DNA of 64,000 nt, taken from assembly GCA_965204375.1 (NCBI GenBank), contig OZ241986.1:672001-736000 (forward strand), written 5' to 3'. This document shows, in pieces, positions 1 to 8,977 of the stretch. Both the position numbers and the translations under genes were made by a program. The DNA comes from Candidatus Latescibacterota bacterium. GTDB taxonomy: Bacteria; Latescibacterota; UBA2968. Each line of letters opens with the position of its first letter. The stretch's first letter is position 1. The notes below the pieces were generated by a model, which ran no database searches, was not told the origin of the DNA, and saw nothing but the letters and a program-made list of their open reading frames with translations.

Positions 1-12
1 AAAGGAAAAACA

Positions 13-57
13 AAAGGCCGTAAGTGCTGTACAGCGACAGCAAAAACTTACGGCCTT
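13..57. repeat. Inverted repeat / hairpin
   Basis: aaggccgtaagt ... acttacggcctt 12-bp arms with a nested gctgt/acagc stem. Confidence 0.6.
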
Positions 58-221
58 AAACAATTTACCAACTGGTGCATTCACTGAACTTTTCAGCGTG
101 GACTTTACCCGTTTTGGTGTATAACATGTTGGAGATGGGAAAGGGACAAGTGAGCGTTGTGGTGGGTATTGCCATCGTCGATATTGCCGAATAACCTGCT
201 TTAGAGCACTATGATAATACA

Positions 222-258
222 AAGGGTTGTCCAGTACAATTGGACAACCCTTGTTTTT
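222..258 (+). terminator. Intrinsic terminator
   Basis: aagggttgtcca-gtacaat-tggacaaccctt stem-loop followed by gtttttg. Confidence 0.7.
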
Positions 259-706
259 GTACACATAAATACAAAACGAGTATCAACGGATCTGGATTAC
301 AGAAAATTACCTTTTTGCTCAAAAAATACCCTACGAAAACAGGCGGTTGAGGAAATCATTATCTTTTTTTAGGCAGGCGTGATGGATGCCCTAAAACATC
401 GCACAGCCGCTCACATCACGGCTACTATTATAAGGTCCAAAAACTGAGAATATTCTATTATTATAGCGTTTGCGTGGTCTGACCATATACTCAGGAACCG
501 CAATTCAACGACCAAAAGGACCTTGTGGATACCCCCGCCCAAGCCCACTAAGAGAGCTATCCTGAGTGATGCAGGAATAAAAAAACTAAAAGGAGTTAGA
601 ATTACATTCGCGTAACATCTATTTTTATACCAACGGAAAGGAGAGTGCCCTGCCAACTCACACTCAATACCATACAGACCGGCTGCGGTCAGGAGGAGAT
701 CACCAA

Positions 707-871
707 ATGAAAAAACAAACAATCAAAGAAATTGTACGACTCTTGAAAGAACTTGACCCCTCTTTTTGGGGTTCGATTACACTGCGTATTCAACGAGGAG
801 AGGTGGTCAATGTGAAAAAAGAACAGAGCATTAAAATAGATGCCCTGGCGCAAGATGTGCAATACAAATAA
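707..871 (+). CDS. Small protein (54 aa), DUF2292/YezD-like; below the ORF-track cutoff
   Basis: Strong RBS aggaggag; MKKQTIKEIVRLLKELDPSFWGSITLRIQRGEVVNVKKEQSIKI matches the GSI-x-I-Q-x-G-x-VV pattern. Confidence 0.65.
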   Translation: MKKQTIKEIVRLLKELDPSFWGSITLRIQRGEVVNVKKEQSIKIDALAQDVQYK

Positions 872-953
872 GACTCGAAAAATAATATCATTAAAATTCT
901 AAAAACAATATCAAGGAGTAGGAAAAACCACACTTGATAAGAAAGGTGTGGTT

Positions 954-1124
954 ATGGGAAAACGACAAAAAAACGACTGGGACAATATCCCCGTCACAGT
1001 CATAGACGAAGGTTCTCCAAATCCACAAAATCCCTATGCTCAATTATCTCCTGAAGAACGGACAACTCACTTGAAAGAACTCTGCCAAACTATTTATCTC
1101 AGAAGGTTGGAAAACCAACTATGA
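954..1124 (+). CDS. Small hypothetical protein (56 aa); below the ORF-track cutoff
   Basis: RBS-like aaggtg; open frame MGKRQKNDWDNIPVTVIDEG...LSPEERTTHLKELCQTIYLRRLENQL. Confidence 0.5.
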   Translation: MGKRQKNDWDNIPVTVIDEGSPNPQNPYAQLSPEERTTHLKELCQTIYLRRLENQL

Positions 1125-1159
1125 ACAATATTTTTGGAAGTGGAGATAGCAATTAAATG

Positions 1160-1188
1160 TTGCATAAAGTATTGTTTTTAAGTATATT
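1160..1188 (+). promoter_or_regulatory. Sigma70-type promoter for the recombinase
   Basis: TTGCAT-17 nt-TATATT. Confidence 0.55.
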
Positions 1189-1282
1189 TATGGTGATAAA
1201 ATAGGGAATATACTCGTAACCAATTTTATGGCTACTGTCGTATATAATTCCCATCAAACAATGCGGGGTAAAGGAGGTAGAT

Positions 1283-2923
1283 GTGATTAAATGCGTTCTG
1301 TATGTACGAGTTTCCACCGACCTGCAAGCCGAGATTAAGAACAGTAGTCTCGATACCCAAATTGATCTGCTTCAGAAGTACATCGAAATTAAGGATTCCA
1401 CGTCGCCAAAGGAAGAATGGAAAGTGGTGGCGACCTATCGTGAAGAAGGAAAATCAGGCAAGAATTTAGAGCGTCCTGAATTCAAACGGATGGTTCGAGA
1501 CATTGAGCAGGGTAAAATCAATGCGGTATTATGCACAAAAATTGATCGTGTCAGCAGGTCTATCGTCGACTTTTATCAATTCCAAGAATTTCTAAAAGAG
1601 CATAAAGTAACATTCATATCTCTCCAGGATAATTGGGACACGTCAACTGCTATGGGGCGGTTTGCCCTCTCAATTTCTTTGGTAATGGCCCAGCTAGAAA
1701 GGGAACGCACCAGTGAACGTACAAAAGAAAAAATGCAGTGGCGTGCAGAGAAGGGTCTGTGTAATGGCGGACAGATTCTTGGGTATGATAATGATCCAGA
1801 CAACAAAGGTGTTCCAAAGCCCAATGAGGCAGAACGAGAACAGGTACTCTTAATTTTTCAGACGTATGTTAAAGAGCAGAGTTTTCGGGCTACGGCACGA
1901 ATCATAAATGAAAAAGGCTATCGTACGAAATCATACATATCGAGGAGAGGTAATATCCACGTTGGCAGAAAATTCAATAAAACACAGATCATGCGTATGT
2001 TGCAAAATGAATTTTATATTGGAAAAATTACTCACAAAGGGAAGACGTATGACGGCCAGCATGAACCCATTATTCCAATGGAATTATGGAATCGGGTGCA
2101 AGCTATCATAAAAACCAACCGAGTCACTGGTTCCAGAAGCAGAAAACAAAACCTGCATACCTTCTTGCTACAAGGTCTGGTAAAATGCGGATTATGTGAA
2201 TCTCACATGACGCCCACTTATGCTCAGAACCGCCAAAAAAAGCACTATTTCTATTATCATTGCACCTGTAAAATCCATCGTGGAAACGATGAATGCAAAA
2301 TGAAACCTGTGCCTGCACAAGCACTTGAACAGGTGGTCTCAGATCGGTTAATTCAACTCAGTGACGACCAGAAACGTGTCCAGGAGCTTATCGCAGAAGC
2401 TACGACAAGCAACTCAGAGCGTATAAAAACTTTGGGGCAGACACAGGAAAATTATCGCAGGAATCTCAAAGATATTGAAAAGAGGCTGGATGCTTTGGCG
2501 GAAAGCATTGCTGGACGCAAGATCGGCATAAAAACCATCAGTCAAAAAATCATCGGCCTGGAAGAACAAAAAAGCCAAATAGAGCAGGAGATGATGGAGA
2601 ATGAAACAACGCTTGCAGAGGCAAAACAAAAGGCCGTAAGTGTTGCTCAGTGGGAGCAAAAACTCACGACCTTTGAGGAATTATATAATGAAGCCACACC
2701 AGAGGAAAAAAAAGACCTCTTAAGGCTGCATATCAACCACCTGATCTATACCCCTGATGGGATTCAACTCGCCTTATTTGATCCCAGTGCCGAAGTGGAT
2801 AGGCCCAAAGTTCAGCGAGTCGTTGCATCTGGCTCCGGCGGTAGGACTCGAACCTACGACCCAGTGGTTAACAGCCACTTGCTCTGCCAGCTGAGCTACG
2901 CCGGAACGTCATATTTCCAATAG
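1283..2923 (+). CDS. Large serine recombinase (integrase)
   Basis: YVRVST catalytic Ser, SGK..RPEF, KIDRVSRS, recombinase domain, CGLC..YYHC..C zinc ribbon, coiled coil; RBS aaggagg. Confidence 0.95.
   Translation: MIKCVLYVRVSTDLQAEIKNSSLDTQIDLLQKYIEIKDSTSPKEEWKVVATYREEGKSGKNLERPEFKRMVRDIEQGKINAVLCTKIDRVSRSIVDFYQFQEFLKEHKVTFISLQDNWDTSTAMGRFALSISLVMAQLERERTSERTKEKMQWRAEKGLCNGGQILGYDNDPDNKGVPKPNEAEREQVLLIFQTYVKEQSFRATARIINEKGYRTKSYISRRGNIHVGRKFNKTQIMRMLQNEFYIGKITHKGKTYDGQHEPIIPMELWNRVQAIIKTNRVTGSRSRKQNLHTFLLQGLVKCGLCESHMTPTYAQNRQKKHYFYYHCTCKIHRGNDECKMKPVPAQALEQVVSDRLIQLSDDQKRVQELIAEATTSNSERIKTLGQTQENYRRNLKDIEKRLDALAESIAGRKIGIKTISQKIIGLEEQKSQIEQEMMENETTLAEAKQKAVSVAQWEQKLTTFEELYNEATPEEKKDLLRLHINHLIYTPDGIQLALFDPSAEVDRPKVQRVVASGSGGRTRTYDPVVNSHLLCQLSYAGTSYFQ
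2830..2905 (-). tRNA. tRNA-Asn (GTT)
   Basis: Reverse complement TCCGGCGTAGCTCAGCTGGCAGAGCAAGTGGCT-GTT-AACCACTGGGTCGTAGGTTCGAGTCCTACCGCCGGAGCCA, 76 nt with CCA. Confidence 0.97.
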
Positions 2924-2929
2924 CGATGA

Positions 2930-2958
2930 AATCTACTGGAAGTGAATATCAGTGTCAA
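2930..2958 (-). promoter_or_regulatory. Promoter of tRNA-Asn
   Basis: TTGACA-17 nt-TAGATT on the minus strand. Confidence 0.65.
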
Positions 2959-3011
2959 GCGCAAATTTTAATTCTTTGATTTATCAGCGTCTGGCTATCA
3001 GGGCATTCCGC

Positions 3012-3040
3012 TTGACATCATTCTGGTGAACATCTATGTT
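3012..3040 (+). promoter_or_regulatory. Promoter of rpiB
   Basis: TTGACA-17 nt-TATGTT. Confidence 0.6.
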
Positions 3041-3103
3041 TCCAGAGGTTAGCCTAACCACCCAACCTACCAGTCCATAGCCCCAGTCCCCAGCCCCTTG
3101 CCT

Positions 3104-3829
3104 ATGCCAGATGAAAAGTTGATACAGCGGATTGTTGCCGAAGTTGTGCGGCGGTTGAAGGCGTTGGAGGGGGGCGTGGTATCTGCACCGATTGATCCGC
3201 CGGTGAGTTTGGTGACGGAAGATCTGGTTAAATCTGCGATCAATCGCGGCGGCGATGCAGTTTATGTGACGCCCAATGCGATTGTGACGCCGTTGGCGCG
3301 GGATTTGATACGGCAGCAGAAGGTGCGTCTGCTGGTCGTGGCTGATGATGAGGCGGTGGTTCAAGAGCCGCAGAAATCGAGTGTCATAGCTATTGGTGCA
3401 GACCACAAGGGATTTGAACTGAAGAAACAGATTGTGCTTATGTTGCAAGATGCCGGGCGAGAGGTGATGGATTGTGGTGTGCATAGTCCGCAAGAGGTAT
3501 CTTATGTCGGTGTGGCAAAAGCGGTGGCTGACGTTGTTCTGGAAAAGAATTTGATGACGGGTGTTGTGGTTGATGGAGGGGGGACGGGAACTGCACTCGT
3601 TGCGAATAAGGTAAAGGGGATTCGCGCGGTATCGTGTCACGATGTGACATCGGCCAAGTTTGCCCGCGCCCATGTAGATGCCAATATTTTGTGTCTCGGT
3701 GTCGGTGTGGTGGGAGATACCGTGGCAAAGGAGATTGTTGCGACGTGGTTGAGTACCCCGTTTGAGGGCAGTCAATATGCCGCGCGTGTTCGGGAAATTG
3801 GTGAGGTGGAGGATGAGAATCGGGATTGA
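3104..3829 (+). CDS. rpiB: Ribose-5-phosphate isomerase B with ~90-aa N-terminal extension
   Basis: IAIGADHKGFELK, DGGGTG, ANKVKGIRA, AR.H.DANILCLG, FEG motifs. Confidence 0.85.
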   Translation: MPDEKLIQRIVAEVVRRLKALEGGVVSAPIDPPVSLVTEDLVKSAINRGGDAVYVTPNAIVTPLARDLIRQQKVRLLVVADDEAVVQEPQKSSVIAIGADHKGFELKKQIVLMLQDAGREVMDCGVHSPQEVSYVGVAKAVADVVLEKNLMTGVVVDGGGTGTALVANKVKGIRAVSCHDVTSAKFARAHVDANILCLGVGVVGDTVAKEIVATWLSTPFEGSQYAARVREIGEVEDENRD

Positions 3830-3853
3830 GCTGAATGTTCTTTTAACCAGGGG

Positions 3854-4630
3854 ATGACTATGCTTTCACAAGAGCAACTGACACAATATGATCGAGATGG
3901 GTATGTGCTGGTGTCGGGCTTGATTCCAGAAGAGACAATTGCCAATGCGGAAGCTGCGATGTGGTCTGCGCTCGGGTTGGATCGGGATGATCCAGCTTCG
4001 TGGTCTCCTTTGCCAGACGAAACAGATGGGGTGACAACAATCGCCCGCCAGGGGGTGATTGAACATTTTGGGCTTCGTGATCCCGCGTTGCTGGCTTGTT
4101 GTACGCCCGCATTTTACGAGGCGCAGAGCCAACTGGTTCGGGAGAATGCAGATGCATTTCACTGTCAGAAACCACAGCCTGAGGCAGTGTGGGCACGCAG
4201 TGTATTTCCAGTTCCGAAAGGCTGGGATTATCTCAGTGGACACGTCGATGGTGGACATCGACCTTTTAATGTTTTTCCCGGGTCATTTCGGGTTTCCTCT
4301 CTGACTTATCTCGATTCTGGTGTTGCACAAGGTGGTGGGACTGCGGTCTGGCCAGGATCACACCGAAAGCTCAGTGAGGCGGCAGTGCAGGATCCCGACC
4401 GATATCAAATGCTGTCAGATTTTGCGAAACCGCTACAAAAGTTTGATATGGGAGAGCCGATTGAGTTGAGGCCGTCCCGAGGAGATGTACTGTTTTTTCA
4501 TTATCTGTTGATACATTGCGGGTCTCTCAATACAAGCAATAAACCGCGTTTTGCCCTCCGCTGGATGTGTGTCTGTGACACATGTCGCATCTGGGAAAAG
4601 TATGGCGAGTGGAATATCTGGATGCCCTGA
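3854..4630 (+). CDS. Phytanoyl-CoA dioxygenase (PhyH) family Fe/2OG enzyme
   Basis: YDRDGY, HVD, GGGT.VWPGSH, GDVLFFH..L.H, R motifs. Confidence 0.88.
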   Translation: MTMLSQEQLTQYDRDGYVLVSGLIPEETIANAEAAMWSALGLDRDDPASWSPLPDETDGVTTIARQGVIEHFGLRDPALLACCTPAFYEAQSQLVRENADAFHCQKPQPEAVWARSVFPVPKGWDYLSGHVDGGHRPFNVFPGSFRVSSLTYLDSGVAQGGGTAVWPGSHRKLSEAAVQDPDRYQMLSDFAKPLQKFDMGEPIELRPSRGDVLFFHYLLIHCGSLNTSNKPRFALRWMCVCDTCRIWEKYGEWNIWMP

Positions 4631-4639
4631 TGTTGATGG

Positions 4640-4668
4640 TTGACTCAGTGCGGGGAAACCCGTATATT
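4640..4668 (+). promoter_or_regulatory. Promoter of tadA/tRNA cluster
   Basis: TTGACT-17 nt-TATATT. Confidence 0.55.
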
Positions 4669-4700
4669 TTTTTTCTTGTAATCAGCGTTGTTTCCGCGGG

Positions 4701-5165
4701 GTGTCCGTGCTGGATGATGACCTGACAGGCATGAATTTTGCGCTCGAAGAAGCCCGCATAGCAGCAAGCGAGCAGGAAGTGCCTATTGGCGCTGTTGTGA
4801 TGCACAATGGTGAGGTCATCGCACGAGATCACAATCGCATTGTCCAGCGAAATGATCCCACTGCGCATGCCGAAATGCTCGTTATTGGGCAGGCAACAGA
4901 AAAGTTGGGCGTTCGGTGGCTAAATAACTGCGTGCTTTATGTAACACTGGAGCCCTGTGCGATGTGTGCAGGTGCTATGGTGCTTGCCCGATTGTCCCGG
5001 TTGGTTTTTGGGGCTTGCGATCCCAAAACCGGGGCTTGTGGATCTCTGAGAAATATTGTGGAAGATACACGTCTGAATCATCGCGTGGATGTGCGCCGAG
5101 GCGTTTTAGAAGATGCGTGTGGTCAGGTATTGCGGGCGTTTTTTCAAACTTTGCGCGAAAAATAA
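4701..5165 (+). CDS. tadA: tRNA adenosine(34) deaminase
   Basis: EVPIGAV, DPTAHAE, TLEPCAMC, DPKTGACGS, LNH. Confidence 0.95.
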   Translation: MSVLDDDLTGMNFALEEARIAASEQEVPIGAVVMHNGEVIARDHNRIVQRNDPTAHAEMLVIGQATEKLGVRWLNNCVLYVTLEPCAMCAGAMVLARLSRLVFGACDPKTGACGSLRNIVEDTRLNHRVDVRRGVLEDACGQVLRAFFQTLREK

Positions 5166-5175
5166 ATAAAATATC

Positions 5176-5265
<90 letters not shown>

Positions 5266-5325
5266 AAAATAAGCACACAGGTGTATGTGTGAGAAAGCCG
5301 ATAGCTGACCGCTTACAGCTATATT

Positions 5326-5415
<90 letters not shown>

Positions 5416-5434
5416 AAAATATCACGAGGTCGTT

Positions 5435-5806
5435 ATGCCGCATCCCATTCGCATTACAGTTGGCGATATTGAACTCGAGGCCGAGTTAAACGATTCGCAA
5501 ACAGCAGACAAAGTTCGCGAGGTTTTGCCGCTGGATTGTTCGTTTAATACATGGGGCGATGAGATTTACTTTGCAATTCCCGTTCAAGCGGGGCCCGAAG
5601 ATGCATGTGAAACTGTGGCGTTGAACGACCTCGGATATTGGCCGCCGGGTCATGCATTTTGCATTTTTTACGGTCAGACCCCAGCCAGTCATGGAGATGA
5701 AATTCGTCCCGCAAGTCCCGTCAATATTATTGGACGGGTGCTGGGCGATGCCACGGTGCTCAAATCTGTTTCGGGAGAGCGCAATATCGTGGTTGAAGCC
5801 GTTTAG
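5435..5806 (+). CDS. Cyclophilin-like fold protein (TM1367/DUF369 type)
   Basis: NTWGDEIYF, LGYWPPG.AFCIFYG.TP, PASPVN; RBS gagg before ATG 5435. Confidence 0.85.
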   Translation: MPHPIRITVGDIELEAELNDSQTADKVREVLPLDCSFNTWGDEIYFAIPVQAGPEDACETVALNDLGYWPPGHAFCIFYGQTPASHGDEIRPASPVNIIGRVLGDATVLKSVSGERNIVVEAV

Positions 5807-5807
5807 G

Positions 5808-5884
<77 letters not shown>

Positions 5885-5939
5885 AAATATATTGTTAAGA
5901 GGCGAGAGGTAAGATCCCTCTTGTATCTCACTGTTTTCA

Positions 5940-6212
5940 GGTCGTGCTAGACGGGGAGATAGCGGTGCCCTGTAGCCCGCAATCCGCTATAGCGGGGTCG
6001 AATTCCACGTCTGAGAACCGGTATTTTGGATCGCGGTCGATGAGTAGGCAGCGTTGATCGTCAGGTCCTGCGCAACGTACCTATGCCGAACCCCGTCAGG
6101 ACCGGAAGGTAGCAGCGGTAAGCAAATCGGTGCGTGTGCCGCAGGGGCACCTGGCAGGAGCCAGCGCTCGTTGAACGCCCCGGGGTAGCGGTTCGAAGCG
6201 CGGTGCACGACC
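5940..6212 (+). ncRNA. ffs: Signal recognition particle RNA, large (Alu-domain) bacterial type
   Basis: TCAGGACCGGAAGGTAGCAG helix-8 motif; 5' GGTCGTGC pairs with 3' GCACGACC then T-run; tadA-tRNA-ffs-dnaX synteny. Confidence 0.92.
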
Positions 6213-6261
6213 TTTTTTCAGGTTGGGGGCTGGGGTTGGAGAGGCCCCCTTTGGAGTTTTT

Positions 6262-7983
6262 ATGTCTTACACGGTAATGGCCCGAAAGCGGAGGCCACAG
6301 GCATTTGAAACAGTGGTGGCACAAAACCATGTGACCACCACATTGCAAAATGCCATTCGGCTGGGGCGCGTGGCGCAATCGTATCTGTTTTCCGGGCCTC
6401 GAGGCACGGGTAAGACCACTACGGCGCGATTGCTTGCCATGGCACTCAATTGCGAGCATGGGCCAACGGCTGAACCGTGTGGGGAATGTGCTTCGTGTGT
6501 TGCCATACGCCAGGGCAACAGCATGGATGTGCTGGAGATTGACGGGGCTTCGAACCGCGGGATTGATGAAATCAGGCAATTGCGCGAAGAGGTGGGGTAT
6601 GCGGCTTCGCAAGGCAAACGCAAGGTTTATATTATCGACGAAGTACACATGCTCACGACTGAGGCTTTTAATGCCTTGCTCAAAACACTCGAAGAACCGC
6701 CAGCGCATGTTGTTTTTGTATTTGCAACGACCGAAGCTCACAAAGTGCCCGAAACCATTTTGTCCCGGTGTCAGCGCTACAATTTTCGGCGCATTCCGCC
6801 CGTGGCTATTGTAGAAGAACTCAAAATGGCTGTGGATGAAGAAGGCGTAACAGCAGAAGAATCCGCTCTGTTTTTGATCGCTCGAAAAGCCGATGGGGGC
6901 ATGCGCGATGCACTGAGTTTGCTGGATCAGGTCATTGCATTCTCAGATGCTGATATTACGGAAGATGCCATACAGAATTTACTGGGTTTGATTCCTCGAG
7001 ATGTGTATTTTGATCTGACGCAGGCCATTGTGGATCGGGATGGTGCCCGCGCTTTGGAGATTGTTGACGAATTGGCACGCGAAGGAAGTGATCTGGGTGA
7101 ATTTGTGGCGGGGCTGATGGCGCATTTTCGACATTTGCTCGTTGCTTGTGCTGCGGGAAATTTAACAGATGAAAATTTACCAGAAGCTGACCGCGTGCAG
7201 TATGCAGAGGTCGCCGCGCAATTCGAAGAGGCAGACCTCGTGCGCATGCTCAACGCTGTGAGTGAACTGGAAACGCAGATTAGTCGGGTGACCGAGCCGC
7301 GATTCTGGCTCGAATTGACGGTTATGAAGCTGGTGCAGATGACGTCAAGTGTAGATTTGCAGGTTTTGATTAGTCGATTAGAACAACTCGAGCAGGGGTT
7401 AAAAAACCAGGGGACGACTACTGGGACGCGGCGGTCATTGCCCAGACCCCAACCTGCACCAGAGCGAAAAGCGACATCATCCAGACCAGATACGCGCGTT
7501 AGGGAAGAGAGGTTACCACCGCCGACAACGGTTTCCAAATCTTCACCACCGCAACAGAGGGGCAATGGCCGTCCCGTGGCAGAACAGCCAGAAGAAGAAA
7601 TACCTCCAGTGCCAGATGTATCCTCAGAAGAGCCGCCAGACTTTTCTGTCATAAAGGATAAGTGGGAACAACTTGTACAGGCAGTGAAGAACGAGAGAAT
7701 GTCGTTGGGTACATTTTTGGCCGAAGGCCGCCCACAATCAATGGATGGGCGACTTCTCGTGGTGGCTTTTCAAAAGAACCTCGAATTTCACGCCAATCAG
7801 GTGCGGCGCGGACGCGCTCTGGTAGAAGAAGTTGCACGCGGTGTTTTTGGAGGTACAGTCACCATTTCGTGTGAGGTTATTTACGATGATAATAAGGAGC
7901 AAGTCGCTGAGGATAAGGGTGTAGAAGAAGATGAGCGCGTGCAGATGGTGATGCAGGTGTTTAGCGGGGAAGTGATCAGGTAA
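6262..7983 (+). CDS. dnaX: DNA polymerase III subunit gamma/tau
   Basis: ARK.RPQ.F, GPRGTGKTT, Zn cluster, IIDEVHML, SRC motif. Confidence 0.97.
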   Translation: MSYTVMARKRRPQAFETVVAQNHVTTTLQNAIRLGRVAQSYLFSGPRGTGKTTTARLLAMALNCEHGPTAEPCGECASCVAIRQGNSMDVLEIDGASNRGIDEIRQLREEVGYAASQGKRKVYIIDEVHMLTTEAFNALLKTLEEPPAHVVFVFATTEAHKVPETILSRCQRYNFRRIPPVAIVEELKMAVDEEGVTAEESALFLIARKADGGMRDALSLLDQVIAFSDADITEDAIQNLLGLIPRDVYFDLTQAIVDRDGARALEIVDELAREGSDLGEFVAGLMAHFRHLLVACAAGNLTDENLPEADRVQYAEVAAQFEEADLVRMLNAVSELETQISRVTEPRFWLELTVMKLVQMTSSVDLQVLISRLEQLEQGLKNQGTTTGTRRSLPRPQPAPERKATSSRPDTRVREERLPPPTTVSKSSPPQQRGNGRPVAEQPEEEIPPVPDVSSEEPPDFSVIKDKWEQLVQAVKNERMSLGTFLAEGRPQSMDGRLLVVAFQKNLEFHANQVRRGRALVEEVARGVFGGTVTISCEVIYDDNKEQVAEDKGVEEDERVQMVMQVFSGEVIR

Positions 7984-8011
7984 GGATAGCAAAGGATAAA
8001 GGAGATAGAGT

Positions 8012-8338
8012 ATGGCAAAAGGTATGGGCGCGATGATGAAGCAGGCCCAAAAGCTGCAAGCCAAGCTGGCCAGGGTGCAAGAAGAACTGGGAGCAAAAGA
8101 GGTAGAGGCAACTTCGGGTGGGGGTATGGTGACAGTAAGGGCCAGTGGGCATCAAGATATTTTGTCGATAAAAATTGATCCCGAAGTAGTTGATCCCGAA
8201 GATGTGGAAATGCTGGAAGACCTCGTGCTGGCGGCGGTTCAGCAGGCGCGTCAAAAAGCTGCGGACATGGCCGAAGCAGAAATGCAGAAAGCCACAGCGG
8301 GCCTTATTCCGCCCGGCATGAATATGCCGGGGTTCTGA
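8012..8338 (+). CDS. ybaB: YbaB/EbfC nucleoid-associated protein
   Basis: MMKQAQKLQ, SGGGMV, EMLEDLVLAA; dnaX-recR synteny. Confidence 0.95.
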   Translation: MAKGMGAMMKQAQKLQAKLARVQEELGAKEVEATSGGGMVTVRASGHQDILSIKIDPEVVDPEDVEMLEDLVLAAVQQARQKAADMAEAEMQKATAGLIPPGMNMPGF

Positions 8339-8383
8339 GATTGGAAAAGCGAAGTCCTCGCGCTATAGTTTTTGGAGTTTTCC

Positions 8384-8977
8384 ATGGCATCAGAGGCCAT
8401 TGAGAAATTGATTGTCGCTTTGAATCGGTTGCCCGGGGTCGGCGCTAAAACAGCACGGCGTCTCGCGCTGGAGATGTTGACATGGGATACGGATGAGGTG
8501 CGCGAACTCGCCGATTTGATGGTGGATGTCAAGACCCGGGTGCGGCGGTGCTCAATTTGTTTTAATTTGACTGAGGTTGATCCGTGTTCTGTGTGCAGCG
8601 ATACGCGTCGGGATCGTTCCCGTGTGATGGTGGTTGATTTTATCGGCGATCTTTTGGCATTTGAGCGCACCGGGCTTTATCGGGGACTTTATCATGTACT
8701 GGACGGGCGAATTTCGCCTCTGGATGGTATTGGTCCAGAAGACTTGAATATTTCCCAATTGCTCCAACGCCTGCGCCAGGGGGAAATTCGAGAAGTCATT
8801 CTCGCCAACGGTCCAACCGTAGAGGGAGATGCCACGGCACAATATCTGTCTCAATGTTTGGCTCCGTTTGAAGTATCTGTCACACAAATTGCGCGTGGTT
8901 TGCCGGTGGGCAGTGATCTCGCCCTGGCCGATCAAGTGACATTGTCTCGCGCGCTGGAAGGCCGTCGGGAGTATTAA
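8384..8977 (+). CDS. recR: Recombination mediator RecR
   Basis: LPGVG.KTA.R, C4 zinc finger, YHVL.G.ISPLDG, TVEG.AT, IARGLPVG. Confidence 0.97.
   Translation: MASEAIEKLIVALNRLPGVGAKTARRLALEMLTWDTDEVRELADLMVDVKTRVRRCSICFNLTEVDPCSVCSDTRRDRSRVMVVDFIGDLLAFERTGLYRGLYHVLDGRISPLDGIGPEDLNISQLLQRLRQGEIREVILANGPTVEGDATAQYLSQCLAPFEVSVTQIARGLPVGSDLALADQVTLSRALEGRREY

Larger units (their letters stand above)
1..2905. mobile_element. Right end of an integrative element (prophage/ICE/genomic island) inserted at the 3' end of tRNA-Asn; continues beyond the left window edge
   Basis: AT-rich composition that changes at the tRNA; large serine recombinase abutting and overlapping the tRNA 3' end. Confidence 0.75.

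Noticed and set aside
411-722. 103-aa minus-strand ORF
   Set aside because: Non-standard start, overlaps the better-supported + strand small gene and its RBS, no motif
3070-3097. CCCCAGT-like heptamer repeats (also ~6224 and ~34617) resembling cyanobacterial STRR
   Set aside because: Only 2-3 degenerate units each; too short to call
2984-3775. 263-aa minus-strand ORF and many similar long shadow ORFs (e.g. 6061-6741, 12814-13623, 41172-42032, 48474-49529)
   Set aside because: Antisense or alternate-frame shadows of well-supported genes, with no motifs or RBS
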